This document shows positions 25,611-36,041 of a stretch of 64,000 nt of DNA, piece by piece (positions within the stretch are counted from its first letter, which is position 1; each line of letters starts with the position of its first letter). The notes below the pieces were generated by a model. The model was not told the DNA's origin. It saw only the letters and a program-made list of their open reading frames with translations, and did not search any database. The stretch is taken from NCBI GenBank assembly GCA_017396515.1, contig JAFQLV010000013.1, positions 1,010 through 65,009 of the forward strand, written 5' to 3'. The position numbers and the translations under genes are program-made. Source of the DNA: Clostridia bacterium (lineage in GTDB: Bacteria > Bacillota > Clostridia > Oscillospirales > Acutalibacteraceae).

Positions 25611-26507
25611 TTACTGAATCGGGGGCTGCATTCCGCCTGCACCTGCCATTGCCTGAGCAAACATGCCGGGCTTCTTTTGCTTCTTAGGCTTGTACGCGGG
25701 AGGATTAAGGAGCTTTTTCTTAGCCTTTTTGCCCGCCCCTGAAGCAAGATATCTGTTCACCTCAATTACGGGAGGAGCCATGGTTTCGCTCATATAGTCT
25801 ACACAGCGTGCAAGAAGAATCTGGTCATTGCCCAGCTCACCGAGAATTGTTACGGCAATAAGACTCTGTGTATCGTTTGTGCCGTCGTCATATATCTCAT
25901 TAAGCACCTGAAAAAGCTTTTTCATAGTCTGAGGGTCATTTGCCTTTATAGCATCAATTACCTTTTTTGTGCCGTATTTTGTAAAGAACTCTTCACAAAG
26001 GAACTCGCCGTATCTTGCGATATTATCTTTATAATAAGGTCTCAGCTCAGGGAAAACAAGGCAGAGCTTGCTTGCAAGAGTGTTGGGGTCATAGAAAGAG
26101 CCGTTCTTGACAGCAGCCTTTGAAACAGTCTGAGCTGCCTTTGCCTGCTGTGCCTTCTTCTGCACGGGAGCCTTTGTGCCGAACTTATCGGCTAAGGTCT
26201 CTGCACAGTCGCTTACTGCATACTTGATATCTCTGTCATCTGCATCCTCACTGAAAAGTGAAGCGGAAAGCTTTTTGGGTGTTTCTTCGGGGTTTTCTGC
26301 GTCTTCACCTGAGAAAATGGTGATTTTTCCGTCGGCGACACAAAAAGCAACTACGCCCTTTTCACCCACATATCTTGCCCAGAGAGCACCGCCCTTTTCA
26401 TAGAGGACTTCTCCCTTTTCGTTTTTATAAGCCGAAAAGCCAAGCTTTTCAATATCCTGTGAAAGATTGTCAAGAACCTTTCTGAAATTTTCATTTAAGC
26501 TGCTCAT
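25611..26507 (-). CDS. Hypothetical protein
   Basis: 298-aa ORF with a good RBS (AAAGGAG). No motif recognised. Confidence 0.5.
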   Translation of the reverse strand: MSSLNENFRKVLDNLSQDIEKLGFSAYKNEKGEVLYEKGGALWARYVGEKGVVAFCVADGKITIFSGEDAENPEETPKKLSASLFSEDADDRDIKYAVSDCAETLADKFGTKAPVQKKAQQAKAAQTVSKAAVKNGSFYDPNTLASKLCLVFPELRPYYKDNIARYGEFLCEEFFTKYGTKKVIDAIKANDPQTMKKLFQVLNEIYDDGTNDTQSLIAVTILGELGNDQILLARCVDYMSETMAPPVIEVNRYLASGAGKKAKKKLLNPPAYKPKKQKKPGMFAQAMAGAGGMQPPIQ

Positions 26508-26594
26508 AGGATAGCTCCTTTAATAAGTTTATTGTCAGGTATTATATCATACCTTCAGTAATTTATCATTATAAAAATTAAAATAATCTGTTTG

Positions 26595-27539
26595 TTACCA
26601 CTCTTTGATAATTTCAGGATTTTCAAATATTTCGTCAAGCTTTCTGATGAAAGGCATAACATCAGCAAAGCCGCCTATTCTGTGGTCAAAAACAAGAGTG
26701 ATGGGAAGCACCTTCTTTGTGCCTATATCAACTACACCGTCATCATTTTTGAAAACATATTCTCTGTCTCTGATACATCCCACAGCCATAAGGAAAACCT
26801 GAGGATAAAGAAGAGGTGTATAGGTAACATCACCTGTGATTTTATCGTTAAGGGGGCCCCAGTTTGTAAGGCAGACAGTGCCTTCATTCATATCCAGAGG
26901 CTCAAGTGACTCAGGGTCACGGGGTGCCTTCTTTGCAAAAAGACCTGAAAGCTTTGCAACCTTATATTTGCCGAAATAGCCTGAGCTTATCTGTGACACT
27001 GTGGAAATAAGCTTGCCCTTGAGCATAAAGCCCACCATTCTCTGCGCAATAAGATCAAAAAGAATACTGTCCATATCAGTCTTATCAACTCTTGCAATAA
27101 GATTATCTGTCAGCTCAGCAATTTCTTTAAGAGATTTATCCTCAACACCTCTGACCTTAATGGGGAAGGTCTCTCCGCTTTCAAGGAAAATGGGCATAGC
27201 AACATCAATATGCTTTTTGACAATAAGTCTGCCGCAGGAAGCGGTATGATTATACTGAAGATGTGCATTGAGTCTGGGAGCAGCCTTAAGACCTTCAACA
27301 AGCACTCTCATCATAAGAGCGTTAAAGGAAAGGTGATAGCCGCAGTCTTTCTTGAGCTCCTTATAAATCTCAAGAAACTTTGTGATGTCTGCCTCGTAGG
27401 CATATGCGGGGCTGGGAATGTTTCTCTGTGCGTTTGTCAGAACATTGCCTGAAACCCTTGCTTTAAGGTTAAAATACTCAACGGTGTCGCCCTCTTCAGG
27501 CTCACATAATGCGCCCCTGATAAATTCTTTGAAGTCCAT
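26595..27539 (-). CDS. 2-oxoacid dehydrogenase E2-type acyltransferase catalytic domain protein (no lipoyl domain)
   Basis: DHRIGGFADV catalytic His motif near the C-terminus. The start at MDFKEF follows AAAAGGAAG. Confidence 0.7.
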   Translation of the reverse strand: MDFKEFIRGALCEPEEGDTVEYFNLKARVSGNVLTNAQRNIPSPAYAYEADITKFLEIYKELKKDCGYHLSFNALMMRVLVEGLKAAPRLNAHLQYNHTASCGRLIVKKHIDVAMPIFLESGETFPIKVRGVEDKSLKEIAELTDNLIARVDKTDMDSILFDLIAQRMVGFMLKGKLISTVSQISSGYFGKYKVAKLSGLFAKKAPRDPESLEPLDMNEGTVCLTNWGPLNDKITGDVTYTPLLYPQVFLMAVGCIRDREYVFKNDDGVVDIGTKKVLPITLVFDHRIGGFADVMPFIRKLDEIFENPEIIKEW

Positions 27540-27689
27540 TTTTTTATACTTCCTTTTCATTATTTTTAGATATAGCATTGGAATCGGGACTTTTTCCCGT
27601 GGGGTCATCTTTTTTCATACCAAATAAATATACACCTTTTTTTTAAAAAAGTAAATACTTTTACGCCTTTACAGCAATAGGTTTACAGT

Positions 27690-28280
27690 TTATTTACCAA
27701 CAGAAAGCACAACTCTTGCATTTATTCCGAACTCGCCTAAAGCCCTTGCCGCCTTGGCAACAGGCAGCCCCATAACGGAAAAATAATCTCCCTTTATCTC
27801 TTTTACCAGTACACTGCCGTAGCCCTGAATGCCGTAAGCACCTGCTTTATCACTGCATTCGCCTGTTGCAATATAGCTTCTTACGGTTTCGTCACTGAGC
27901 TGATAAAAGGTGACCTGCGTTGTGTCACAAAAGCAAATTTCTTTTTCTTCTGATATTATACATACTCCCGTTGAAACTCTGTGTGTTCTGCCCGAAAGCA
28001 TTTTCAGCATATTGAAAGCAGCTTCGTCGTTTTCGGGCTTGCCCAATATTTTGCCGTCAACTGCCACAACTGTGTCACAGCCGAAAACTATTCTGCCGGG
28101 ATATCTGCTGAGTATATACCGGGCCTTTCTTTTTGCAAGCTCCTTTACCGTTTCCTCATCGCTGAGATCTCCGGCAATATTTTCATCTGCATCAGAGGGG
28201 ATAGTCTCAAAGGAAAAGCCTGCATTAGTCAGTATTTCCTTTCTTCTGGGTGACGCTGAGGCTAAAATAAAATCTGCCAT
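27690..28280 (-). CDS. maf: Maf-like nucleoside triphosphate pyrophosphatase
   Basis: LASASPRRKEIL start and GAYGIQG motif. Confidence 0.85.
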   Translation of the reverse strand: MADFILASASPRRKEILTNAGFSFETIPSDADENIAGDLSDEETVKELAKRKARYILSRYPGRIVFGCDTVVAVDGKILGKPENDEAAFNMLKMLSGRTHRVSTGVCIISEEKEICFCDTTQVTFYQLSDETVRSYIATGECSDKAGAYGIQGYGSVLVKEIKGDYFSVMGLPVAKAARALGEFGINARVVLSVGK

Positions 28281-28825
28281 TAAAGCACACCTTCCTCTTT
28301 AAGCTTTGCCACCTTAAGTATAGCGGCAACGGTTTTCGCATCTCTTATTTCGCCTTCCATTACCATTTTAAGGGCATCGCTGAATTTAATTTTTTCAACG
28401 CCCAAGAACTCACCTTCGTCAAGGTGCTGATGGGTCTTATGCAGGGATGTGGCCGCAAACATACGGATAATCTCGCTGCAATAAGCAACAGTGGGATAGA
28501 TTTCGCCTAAGGATATAATCTTATCGGCAACCACTCCGCATTCCTCCTCAAGCTCTCTTATCCCCGCGGCAAGGGGGTCTTCACCCTTCTCAAGCTTACC
28601 CGCCGGTACCTCTAAAAGCTCACGGGAAAAGGGGTAGCGGAACTGCCTGACCATAAGCAGCTCGTCATTGTCCGTCAGCGGTGCAACACATACTCCGCCG
28701 CTATGCTCAACCACTTCTCTCACAGACCTTTTGCCGTCGGAAAGCTCCACATCGTCAACATGAACATTAATTATTCTGCCCTCAAAAATTGTTTTCACAT
28801 TTAATGTTTTTTCGCTGAAAGCCAT
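28280..28825 (-). CDS. NUDIX hydrolase (ADP-ribose pyrophosphatase-like)
   Basis: Nudix box GKLEKGEDPLAAGIRELEEECG. Confidence 0.85.
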   Translation of the reverse strand: MAFSEKTLNVKTIFEGRIINVHVDDVELSDGKRSVREVVEHSGGVCVAPLTDNDELLMVRQFRYPFSRELLEVPAGKLEKGEDPLAAGIRELEEECGVVADKIISLGEIYPTVAYCSEIIRMFAATSLHKTHQHLDEGEFLGVEKIKFSDALKMVMEGEIRDAKTVAAILKVAKLKEEGVL

Positions 28826-28883
28826 AGTTTATTTCCTCTTTTCATCATATTGCGGTTATTGCTTTAATATATATCACTAAGGA

Positions 28884-29798
28884 TTGGTGATAAAATTGAA
28901 TTACATAGTAAAACCGTGTACTTATGATTATAACACAAATAAAAGAATAATAGAAGAGCTAATTTCGGAATATCCCTTTATAAATGCAGAGCTTTGCGGC
29001 AGAACGGCTCTGGGCAGAGGCATTTTCGCTCTGAACATAGGCAACCGCGACAACTGTGTTGTTTATGCCGCCGCCTTTCACGGCAGTGAGTGGCTGACAA
29101 GCCTTGTGCTTTTGCTTTTCACCGAAAGACTGTGCCGCAGCATAAAAGACGGCAGGCTTCTTTGCGGTGTGAATATGAAGCGTGCTCTTACACAGTTAGG
29201 TGTTACAATAATTCCTTGCGTGAACCCTGACGGAGTTGAAATAGCCGTTCACGGCACAGACAGTGCCAAAAACCTCAAAGGCTTTGTCAAAGGTATAAAA
29301 TGCGAGGATTACAGCAAATGGAACGCAAACGCAATGGGCGTTGACATCAATCACAACTTCAATGCAGGCTGGCACACCTTAAGGCAGATGGAAGAGGAGC
29401 AGGGCATACACTCACCCTCACCACGACAGTTTGGGGGCACCTACCCCGAAAGTGAAGCGGAAACCAAGGCTCTCACCCGCCTTTGCAGAATAAGGCAGTT
29501 CAGGCAATGCATGGCCCTGCACTCTCAGGGTGAGGAGCTCTATTGGCAGTACGGTGAAAACACTCCGCCCCAGGCTGATATGATGGCAAAAATTCTCGCA
29601 GATTCCTGCTCATATCAGCTTATAAGCAACAGCGGTCTTGCCTCCCACGGCGGATTTAAGGATTGGTTTATAGATGAATTTCACCGACCCGGCTTCACCT
29701 TAGAAATAGGCAAGGGAGAAAACCCTTTGCCCGCAAGTGAGCTATATGAAATCTACTGCGGAATTGAAGAAGCGCGGACACTTTTTTCACTTATGTGA
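28884..29798 (+). CDS. M14-family zinc carboxypeptidase-like protein
   Basis: FHGSEW (HxxE zinc motif) and a later conserved His region. The start codon is uncertain (TTG at 28884 or GTG at 28887). Confidence 0.7.
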   Translation: MVIKLNYIVKPCTYDYNTNKRIIEELISEYPFINAELCGRTALGRGIFALNIGNRDNCVVYAAAFHGSEWLTSLVLLLFTERLCRSIKDGRLLCGVNMKRALTQLGVTIIPCVNPDGVEIAVHGTDSAKNLKGFVKGIKCEDYSKWNANAMGVDINHNFNAGWHTLRQMEEEQGIHSPSPRQFGGTYPESEAETKALTRLCRIRQFRQCMALHSQGEELYWQYGENTPPQADMMAKILADSCSYQLISNSGLASHGGFKDWFIDEFHRPGFTLEIGKGENPLPASELYEIYCGIEEARTLFSLM

Positions 29799-29805
29799 AA
29801 AAAGT

Positions 29806-30139
29806 AATGCAAAATGCTAAAAAAATGCAAAATGCAAAATTGTGGTCGCGGGGAATTTTCTGCTGATAAGTAGTTTTCTCCCGCAAAAGGAGTGGGGACG
29901 AGATGGTAAGTCTGTAGATTATAATCCTCATCCGTCACTGCGTGACACCTTCCCCTTAACTCAAGGGGAAGGTATAAATAAGGCAGGTCACTACAAGTTT
30001 TCAGTAGTGACCTGCCGTTTGTTTTAAGATTGATGAGATTTGCCTCCTCTGAGCTTCATCTATGCGGAAAGAGGCTTAAGGTTAGTGGGCGGTGAAATCG
30101 CGACCACAATTTTGCATTTTGCATTTAGCATTTTGCATT
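29806..30139 (+). repeat. Structured intergenic element, full copy B (AAAATGC arrays, extra internal hairpins)
   Basis: TGTGGTCGCG at 29841-29850 and CGCGACCACA at 30099-30108. Terminator hairpin at 29982-30025. A 71-nt block (30011-30081) is identical to the reverse complement of 56692-56762. Confidence 0.9.
29982..30025 (+). terminator. Rho-independent terminator hairpin inside element B
   Basis: GGCAGGTCACTAC-9 nt-GTAGTGACCTGCC followed by GTTTGTTTT. Confidence 0.75.
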
Positions 30140-30143
30140 CAAA

Positions 30144-31870
30144 TTACCATCCGAAGCCGAAGTATTCGTTGAAGAAATCCTCAAAGCTGCTTGCACCGCC
30201 GTAGTAGTAATCGTTGCCGCCTGAAGGCATAGTTGTTGTTTCCTCCTGCTGTGACGAGCCCTTATCCTCAACGAGGGTGATTGTCACATCAAAGGTTTTG
30301 GTTTTATAGGTACGGTTATCAACTCTGCAAAGGGTGAGAGTGAGGGTGTCACCAACTGCACCTGTGTCAATAAGGTCAAGAAGCACGCTGGAATCGTCCA
30401 TATCCTTGCCGTTGACTGCTATAATAAGGTCGCCTACCTGTGCATCTGTATCCTTAAGTGAGCTGTCCTGAGAAATGCCTGCAATTACAAGTGATCCCTG
30501 AGGAAGACCCTTAATGGAAACAACAAGTGAATAAAGCTGATATGCACTTACGGGTGCATACTCAATGCCCAGCTTAGGTCTGTTAGGCACATATTTATAC
30601 TGAATGAGTGCATCTACAACAGGCACCGCAATTGATGTCGGCACCGCAAAGCCCATGCCCTCATACTCGGTTGAGGCTATCTTTGAGGAGTTGATGCCCA
30701 CTATCTGACCTGCCATATTGACCAGTGCACCGCCCGAGTTGCCCGGATTAATGGCAGCACTGTGCTGAATACAGGTCATTGTATAGGTTGCATCCACACT
30801 TCTGTCAATGGCTGAAACTATGCCGTCAGTAATTGAGCCGAAGAAGGCTGCACCGCCCGGGTTGCCGATAGCATAAATGGGCTCGCCTATTTTAAGCGCA
30901 GAGGAATCGCCTATTCGGCAAGAGGAAGTCCTGTTTCCTTAATTTTGAGCACACCTATATCTGTTCTGGTGTCACTTGCCACCATCTCTGCCTCAAAGCT
31001 TTTGCCGTTTTCAAGAAGCACACCGTAGGTGACACCGCTTTCGTTAATAACATGGGCACAGGTGACAACATAGGTATATTTGCCTGTTTCATCTGTTGCC
31101 CAGAGAACGCCCGAGCCTTCACCGTAAAGCTGACCGTTTTTATAGGTCATAACACCCACAACACTGGGACGAACCTTTTCAGCTATAACAATTGAATTAA
31201 TCTGTGACAGCTCCTCACTGCCCTGTGTGGTTCCGATTATGGGCTTGATTGTTGTGGGAGCTTCTGTGGTTGAAGTGTTTGCATCGGTTTTTCCCACATC
31301 GGGAGCACCGCCCGTAAACGCATTGACAATTGCAATAACAGCTATAACAATGCATGCCGCCACTATGCCTAAGGCAATCTTTTTACCGCTACCCTTCTTT
31401 TTGGGAGGCATATTGTTGCCCACCTGATAGTATGAATAATTCTGCTGTTGCTGATTAAAGGGAGGGGTCTGACCGTAGTGATTGAACTGCTGCGTGTTGT
31501 TAGGTGCAGCATAAGGGTTGAATGAAGGAGGTGTTTCTTTTGAGTCTGTCACCCTTTGGGCACCCACAGGCTCTGCCTTTACACTTTCCTGCTTGTTTCC
31601 TGCATCGGCATAAGAATTATACTCCTGCTGATTTGCACCATCGGAATAAGGGTTGTAATCGGAATAAACGCCTTGTTCGCCCTCTTTGAAATATCCCTCG
31701 TAATTCTTTGCATCTTCACCTGAAAAGCTTATTTCCTCACCTGAAACATTAGGGTCAGAAAAAATATCCGTGCTTTCATGAGCCTTAGCTTCATCTGCAG
31801 TGTCAGGGGCAATACCCTCGCTGTGCTCAGGCTCCTGTGAAGGATTGTAGTTTGTTTCGTTATCGTTCAT
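30144..31870 (-). pseudogene. htrA: HtrA/DegP-type serine protease with PDZ domain, split by a 1-nt frameshift near 30909-30913
   Basis: The upstream ORF ends ...DIGVLKIKETGLPLAE-TAG. The next frame continues GDSSALKIGEPIYAIGNPGG...INPGNSGGALV plus a PDZ domain. Only 2 nt (TA) separate the GAA and GGC codons. Confidence 0.75.
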
Positions 31871-31979
31871 GGTAACTGTCTCCTTTCTGCATAAAAAGCA
31901 GAAAAATTATTTTATCTTTAAAAGCTTGATGTAAGGATACACCTATTCATTTAAAGAAAGTTAAAAATTTATAATAAAT

Positions 31980-33452
31980 TTATTCAGCAAAGGGAATTTC
32001 AAATGAAAACTCAGTATATTCTCCCTTTTTGCTTGCGGCACTGATATCGCCGTCATGCATATTTATGATTGTTTTAACTATATATAGACCTAATCCCACA
32101 CCTTTTGTGTCAAAGCTTCTGGATTTATCAACCTTATAGAACCGCTCAAAAATTCTTGATATTTCATCCTCGGAAACACCTGCGCCCGAATTTCTTATCG
32201 TCACCTTGGTGCTTTCATCATTACTGCTTGCAAACACTGTTATTGTTCCCTTTTCGGGGGTAAACTTAACTGCATTGTCTATAAGATTATAAACTACCTG
32301 CTGAACAAGGTCACGGTCTGCCTCAATTATAACCTCACCCATATTTTCAAAGCCGGCAATTTCAATGTGCTTTTCGTCGATTTTCTTTTCAAATGACAGC
32401 AGAGTTTCAAAAATCTGCTTGCCTATATCGTACCGCTGAGGTGAGAGCTGGACCTCGCCTGCCTCAATTTTTGAGAGATTGAGCATGGAAACAACCATTC
32501 TTGAAAGCCTCTTGACCTCACTTGAAACGACAGTGAGATACTTCTTTTCCTCCTCAGGTGCAATAGTACCGTCAAGAATGCCGTCAATAAAGCCGCCGAT
32601 TGAGGTCATAGGTGTTTTCAGCTCGTGAGACACATTTGCAATAAAGCTCTTTTGTGCTTCGTCGTCTATTTTCAGCTCATAAGCCATTTTATTAAGAGCC
32701 TTTGCAAACTCCCTGAAGTCACGCTTTTTATACTCCTCATTTGCCCTGAACTCAAATTCTCCCTTTGCAAAATGAGTGGTTACCTCTTTCATTTCATTAA
32801 GGGGCTTTGTTATGCCTCTTGTTATGAAATAAATGGCAATAAACACTATAACAAGAGCAAAAAGCATAAAGTAAAGTATGGCTGTAACGATATTTATAAC
32901 ATAAGGTACGAGCCCCGTAACAGCATCCTCAACAGCAAAAACTATAACCTGCGTTTCGCCGTCAGAAGCTTTTACGGGCAAAGAGGCAACAAACTTACCG
33001 ATACCGAAATCCTCGTCTGTTATATAGTCAGAGAAGCCGCCGTCTTTTGCTCTTTCAAGGGTTTCCTTCGCAATAACAAGATTTTTGTGGTTATCGCACT
33101 TTTTGCTCAGACCGCTTTCACAGTCACCGCATAAAAGCACTGTTCCGTCAGCATCAGTCAGAAAATATTCTGACTTGGTTGCCGAAGACATAATCTGCAG
33201 GGTACCGACAACACTTTCAGTATCAAATGGCTCTTCGTCTGACAAGCGCTGGTATATAGCCGCTATATCATGAGCGTTGCTGACAAGAACATCAACCTTA
33301 TCGGTCCACCACTGTGCAGAAATGAAAAAAACCATAGCCAGTGCAATAAAAACAAAGCTCATAAATACTGTCAGTGCAGATATGCCGAAGTACCTCATGA
33401 AAAGGCTGCTGCCTCTGATTCTCTTTTTGAGTTTTCGATTTGTTTTTTTCAT
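31980..33452 (-). CDS. Sensor histidine kinase (2 TM, HAMP, HisKA, HATPase)
   Basis: H-box SHELKTPMTSI plus N and G boxes. GGGAGG RBS precedes the ATG at 33452. Confidence 0.85.
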   Translation of the reverse strand: MKKTNRKLKKRIRGSSLFMRYFGISALTVFMSFVFIALAMVFFISAQWWTDKVDVLVSNAHDIAAIYQRLSDEEPFDTESVVGTLQIMSSATKSEYFLTDADGTVLLCGDCESGLSKKCDNHKNLVIAKETLERAKDGGFSDYITDEDFGIGKFVASLPVKASDGETQVIVFAVEDAVTGLVPYVINIVTAILYFMLFALVIVFIAIYFITRGITKPLNEMKEVTTHFAKGEFEFRANEEYKKRDFREFAKALNKMAYELKIDDEAQKSFIANVSHELKTPMTSIGGFIDGILDGTIAPEEEKKYLTVVSSEVKRLSRMVVSMLNLSKIEAGEVQLSPQRYDIGKQIFETLLSFEKKIDEKHIEIAGFENMGEVIIEADRDLVQQVVYNLIDNAVKFTPEKGTITVFASSNDESTKVTIRNSGAGVSEDEISRIFERFYKVDKSRSFDTKGVGLGLYIVKTIINMHDGDISAASKKGEYTEFSFEIPFAE

Positions 33453-33510
33453 AGGATTTCCTCCCTGCTTCAACAAAACGCCTGACAAAAATATCAGGCG
33501 CTTATTTTAA

Positions 33511-34200
33511 TTATTCTTTTGTTTCAAACTTGTAGCCTACGCCCCAAACGGTTCTGAGCTCCCACTTATCAGAGGTGCCCTCAAGCTTTTCACGAAGACG
33601 CTTTACATGCACGTCAACGGTTCTTGAATCGCCGTAATAGTCATAGCCCCATACCTCATCAAGAAGCTGATCTCTTGTGAAAACTCTGTTGGGGTTCTTT
33701 GCAAGGTGGAAAATAAGCTCCATCTCTTTGGGCGGTGTGTCAATCTGAACACCTGCAACCTTAAGCTCATAGTTTGTCAGGTTAATTGACAGCTTATCGT
33801 AGTGCACTTCCTTAACCTCTTCGCTTGCTGAGGCTGCACTGCGGCGAAGAACTGCCTTTATTCTTGCAACAATTTCCTTTGTGTCAAAGGGCTTTACCAC
33901 ATAGTCATCGGCACCCAGCTCAAGACCGAGCACTCTGTCGAAAACCTCTCCCTTTGCCGTGAGCATAATAATGGGAGTTTCGGAAAACTTTCTTATTTCT
34001 CTGCACACCTGCCAACCGTCAAGCTTGGGAAGCATTATGTCAAGCAGCACCAGTGAGGGGCTTTCCTCCTGGAACATTGTAACGGCACTGACACCGTCGT
34101 TTGCTATAACCACATTATAGCCTTCCTTTGTAAGATAAAGTCTGAGAAGTTCGCAGATATTAAGATCATCATCAACAACAAGAATTTTTTCTGAGTTCAT
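33511..34200 (-). CDS. OmpR-family response regulator
   Basis: Receiver domain (VVDDD...DIMLP) plus a winged-helix C-terminus (RTVWGVGYKF). Confidence 0.9.
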   Translation of the reverse strand: MNSEKILVVDDDLNICELLRLYLTKEGYNVVIANDGVSAVTMFQEESPSLVLLDIMLPKLDGWQVCREIRKFSETPIIMLTAKGEVFDRVLGLELGADDYVVKPFDTKEIVARIKAVLRRSAASASEEVKEVHYDKLSINLTNYELKVAGVQIDTPPKEMELIFHLAKNPNRVFTRDQLLDEVWGYDYYGDSRTVDVHVKRLREKLEGTSDKWELRTVWGVGYKFETKE

Positions 34201-34301
34201 AACTTTACTCCTTTTCTTTTAATTATATTAATGACAGTATAGCATACTAACCTTAACTGTTAATTAATTTTATTTTTCTCAAATTCTTTCCGAAAAATTC
34301 A

Positions 34302-36041
34302 TTACATTCTGTCGGGAGCATCAACCTTAAGCATACTCAGTATGCTCTTCATTGTGTCTTTGACACATATGCAAAGGAAAAATCTTGCCTGCATAAGCTC
34401 CTCATCCTCCACGCTGACACGGCAGGCGTTATAGAACTTATGGAAATGTGTTGCAAGGTCAACGGCATAATGTGTGACCTTAGCGGGGTCATAGTTTTTA
34501 GCTGCATTGATTATTACATCACCCAAGGTTGAAAGATAGCGTATAAGCTCTCTTTCCTCAGGGCAGGTGAGCTTCTTAAGCTCATCCTTTGTGCAGGCTC
34601 TCACTTCTTTGCCCTCAGAAGCAAGCTTTGAGAGAATACTGCATATTCTTGCATGGGCATACTGACAATAGTAAACAGGGTTCTGTGAGCTTTCCTCAAC
34701 TGCAAGGTCAAGGTCAAAATCCATAAGTGAGCCCGGCTCTCTCATATTAAACAGGAAGCGCACCGCATCAATTGGCACCTCATTAAGAAGGTCAACAAGA
34801 GTAATTGCTTTGCCTGTTCTCTTTGACATTCTGACAACCTCGCCGTCACGCACAAGACGCACGAACTGCATAAGCAGAATATCAAGTCTGTCAGGGTCAA
34901 TGCCCACTGCCTTCATTGCGCCCTTCATTCGTGCAACATGACCGTGGTGGTCTGCACCCCAGACATCAATTGCTTTATCGAAGCCTCTTTTTTCCAGCTT
35001 ATTTCTGTGATAAGCAATATCGGCGGCAAAATATGTGGGGTTGCCGTTGGCTCTTATGAGAACATCGTCTTTCAGCTCAAGCTTATCGATATATTCCTGA
35101 GTCTTGCCCTGAGCGAGAAGCATTTCAGTCTGCACCTCAATGTTTTTGTACCACAGAGCACCGTCCTTTTCATAAGTGTAACCTTTTTCGGTGAGTATGT
35201 CAATGGTTTCCTTAAGCTCACCGCCGTTATGAAGTGTGAGCTCGCTGAACCAAAGGTCATAATCTATGCGGTACTTTGCCATGGCTGCCTTCATATTCTC
35301 AAGATTTTTAGGCAGTGCAAATTCAACGAGAGCCTTTCTTCTTTCTTCCTCGCTCTTGCTGAGATAGCTGTCACCGAAAGCCTCTTTGAATTCACCGGCT
35401 CTTTCGATAATATCCTCACCGTGATAGCTGTCCTCGGGAAGTTCAACATCTCTGCCCAGAAGCTGCTGATATCTTATATCAAGCGAAAGACCGAATTTAT
35501 CAATCTGATTGCCTGCATCGTTGACATAAAACTCTCTTGAAACATTGAAGCCTGCATAGTCCAGAACTGCTGCAAGACAGTCACCGAGTGCACCGCCTCT
35601 TGCGTTACCCATATGCATGGGGCCTGTGGGGTTTGCCGAAACGAACTCAACATTTACGCTCTTGCCCTTACCCCAGTCACTTCTGCCGTAGCTGTCACCT
35701 GCTTCGTTTATTTCAAGAAGTATGTCGGCATAATAATCGTCACAAAGGAAGAAGTTGATAAAGCCGGGGCCTGCAATTTCCACCTTTTCAAAATATGTTC
35801 CCTCAAGGCACATATTGTCACATATTGCTTCGGCAATTTTTCTCGGCGGCAGGCGGAAGGCTCTTGCACCAACCATAGCGGCATTTGTTGAAAAATCACC
35901 GTTAGCTCTGTCGGCGGGAACCTCCACACCGAAAACAGGAGCCTCAGCACCTGCAAGAAGCTCTTTTTCCCGAGCCTTTGCAATTGCACCGAGAACAAGG
36001 TCTTTTATCTGATTTTGTGCTTTATTTACAGTTTTTGACAT
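34302..36041 (-). CDS. argS: Arginine--tRNA ligase
   Basis: SANPTGPMHMGNARGG and MSKRTGK class I signatures, 579 aa. Confidence 0.95.
   Translation of the reverse strand: MSKTVNKAQNQIKDLVLGAIAKAREKELLAGAEAPVFGVEVPADRANGDFSTNAAMVGARAFRLPPRKIAEAICDNMCLEGTYFEKVEIAGPGFINFFLCDDYYADILLEINEAGDSYGRSDWGKGKSVNVEFVSANPTGPMHMGNARGGALGDCLAAVLDYAGFNVSREFYVNDAGNQIDKFGLSLDIRYQQLLGRDVELPEDSYHGEDIIERAGEFKEAFGDSYLSKSEEERRKALVEFALPKNLENMKAAMAKYRIDYDLWFSELTLHNGGELKETIDILTEKGYTYEKDGALWYKNIEVQTEMLLAQGKTQEYIDKLELKDDVLIRANGNPTYFAADIAYHRNKLEKRGFDKAIDVWGADHHGHVARMKGAMKAVGIDPDRLDILLMQFVRLVRDGEVVRMSKRTGKAITLVDLLNEVPIDAVRFLFNMREPGSLMDFDLDLAVEESSQNPVYYCQYAHARICSILSKLASEGKEVRACTKDELKKLTCPEERELIRYLSTLGDVIINAAKNYDPAKVTHYAVDLATHFHKFYNACRVSVEDEELMQARFFLCICVKDTMKSILSMLKVDAPDRM

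Noticed and set aside
34244-34256. A 13-nt match (ATACTAACCTTAA) to the interior of element D (60273-60285) lies in the RR/argS spacer.
   Set aside because: It is too short and AT-rich to distinguish a decayed element remnant from chance. No arrays, TIR or boxes lie nearby.
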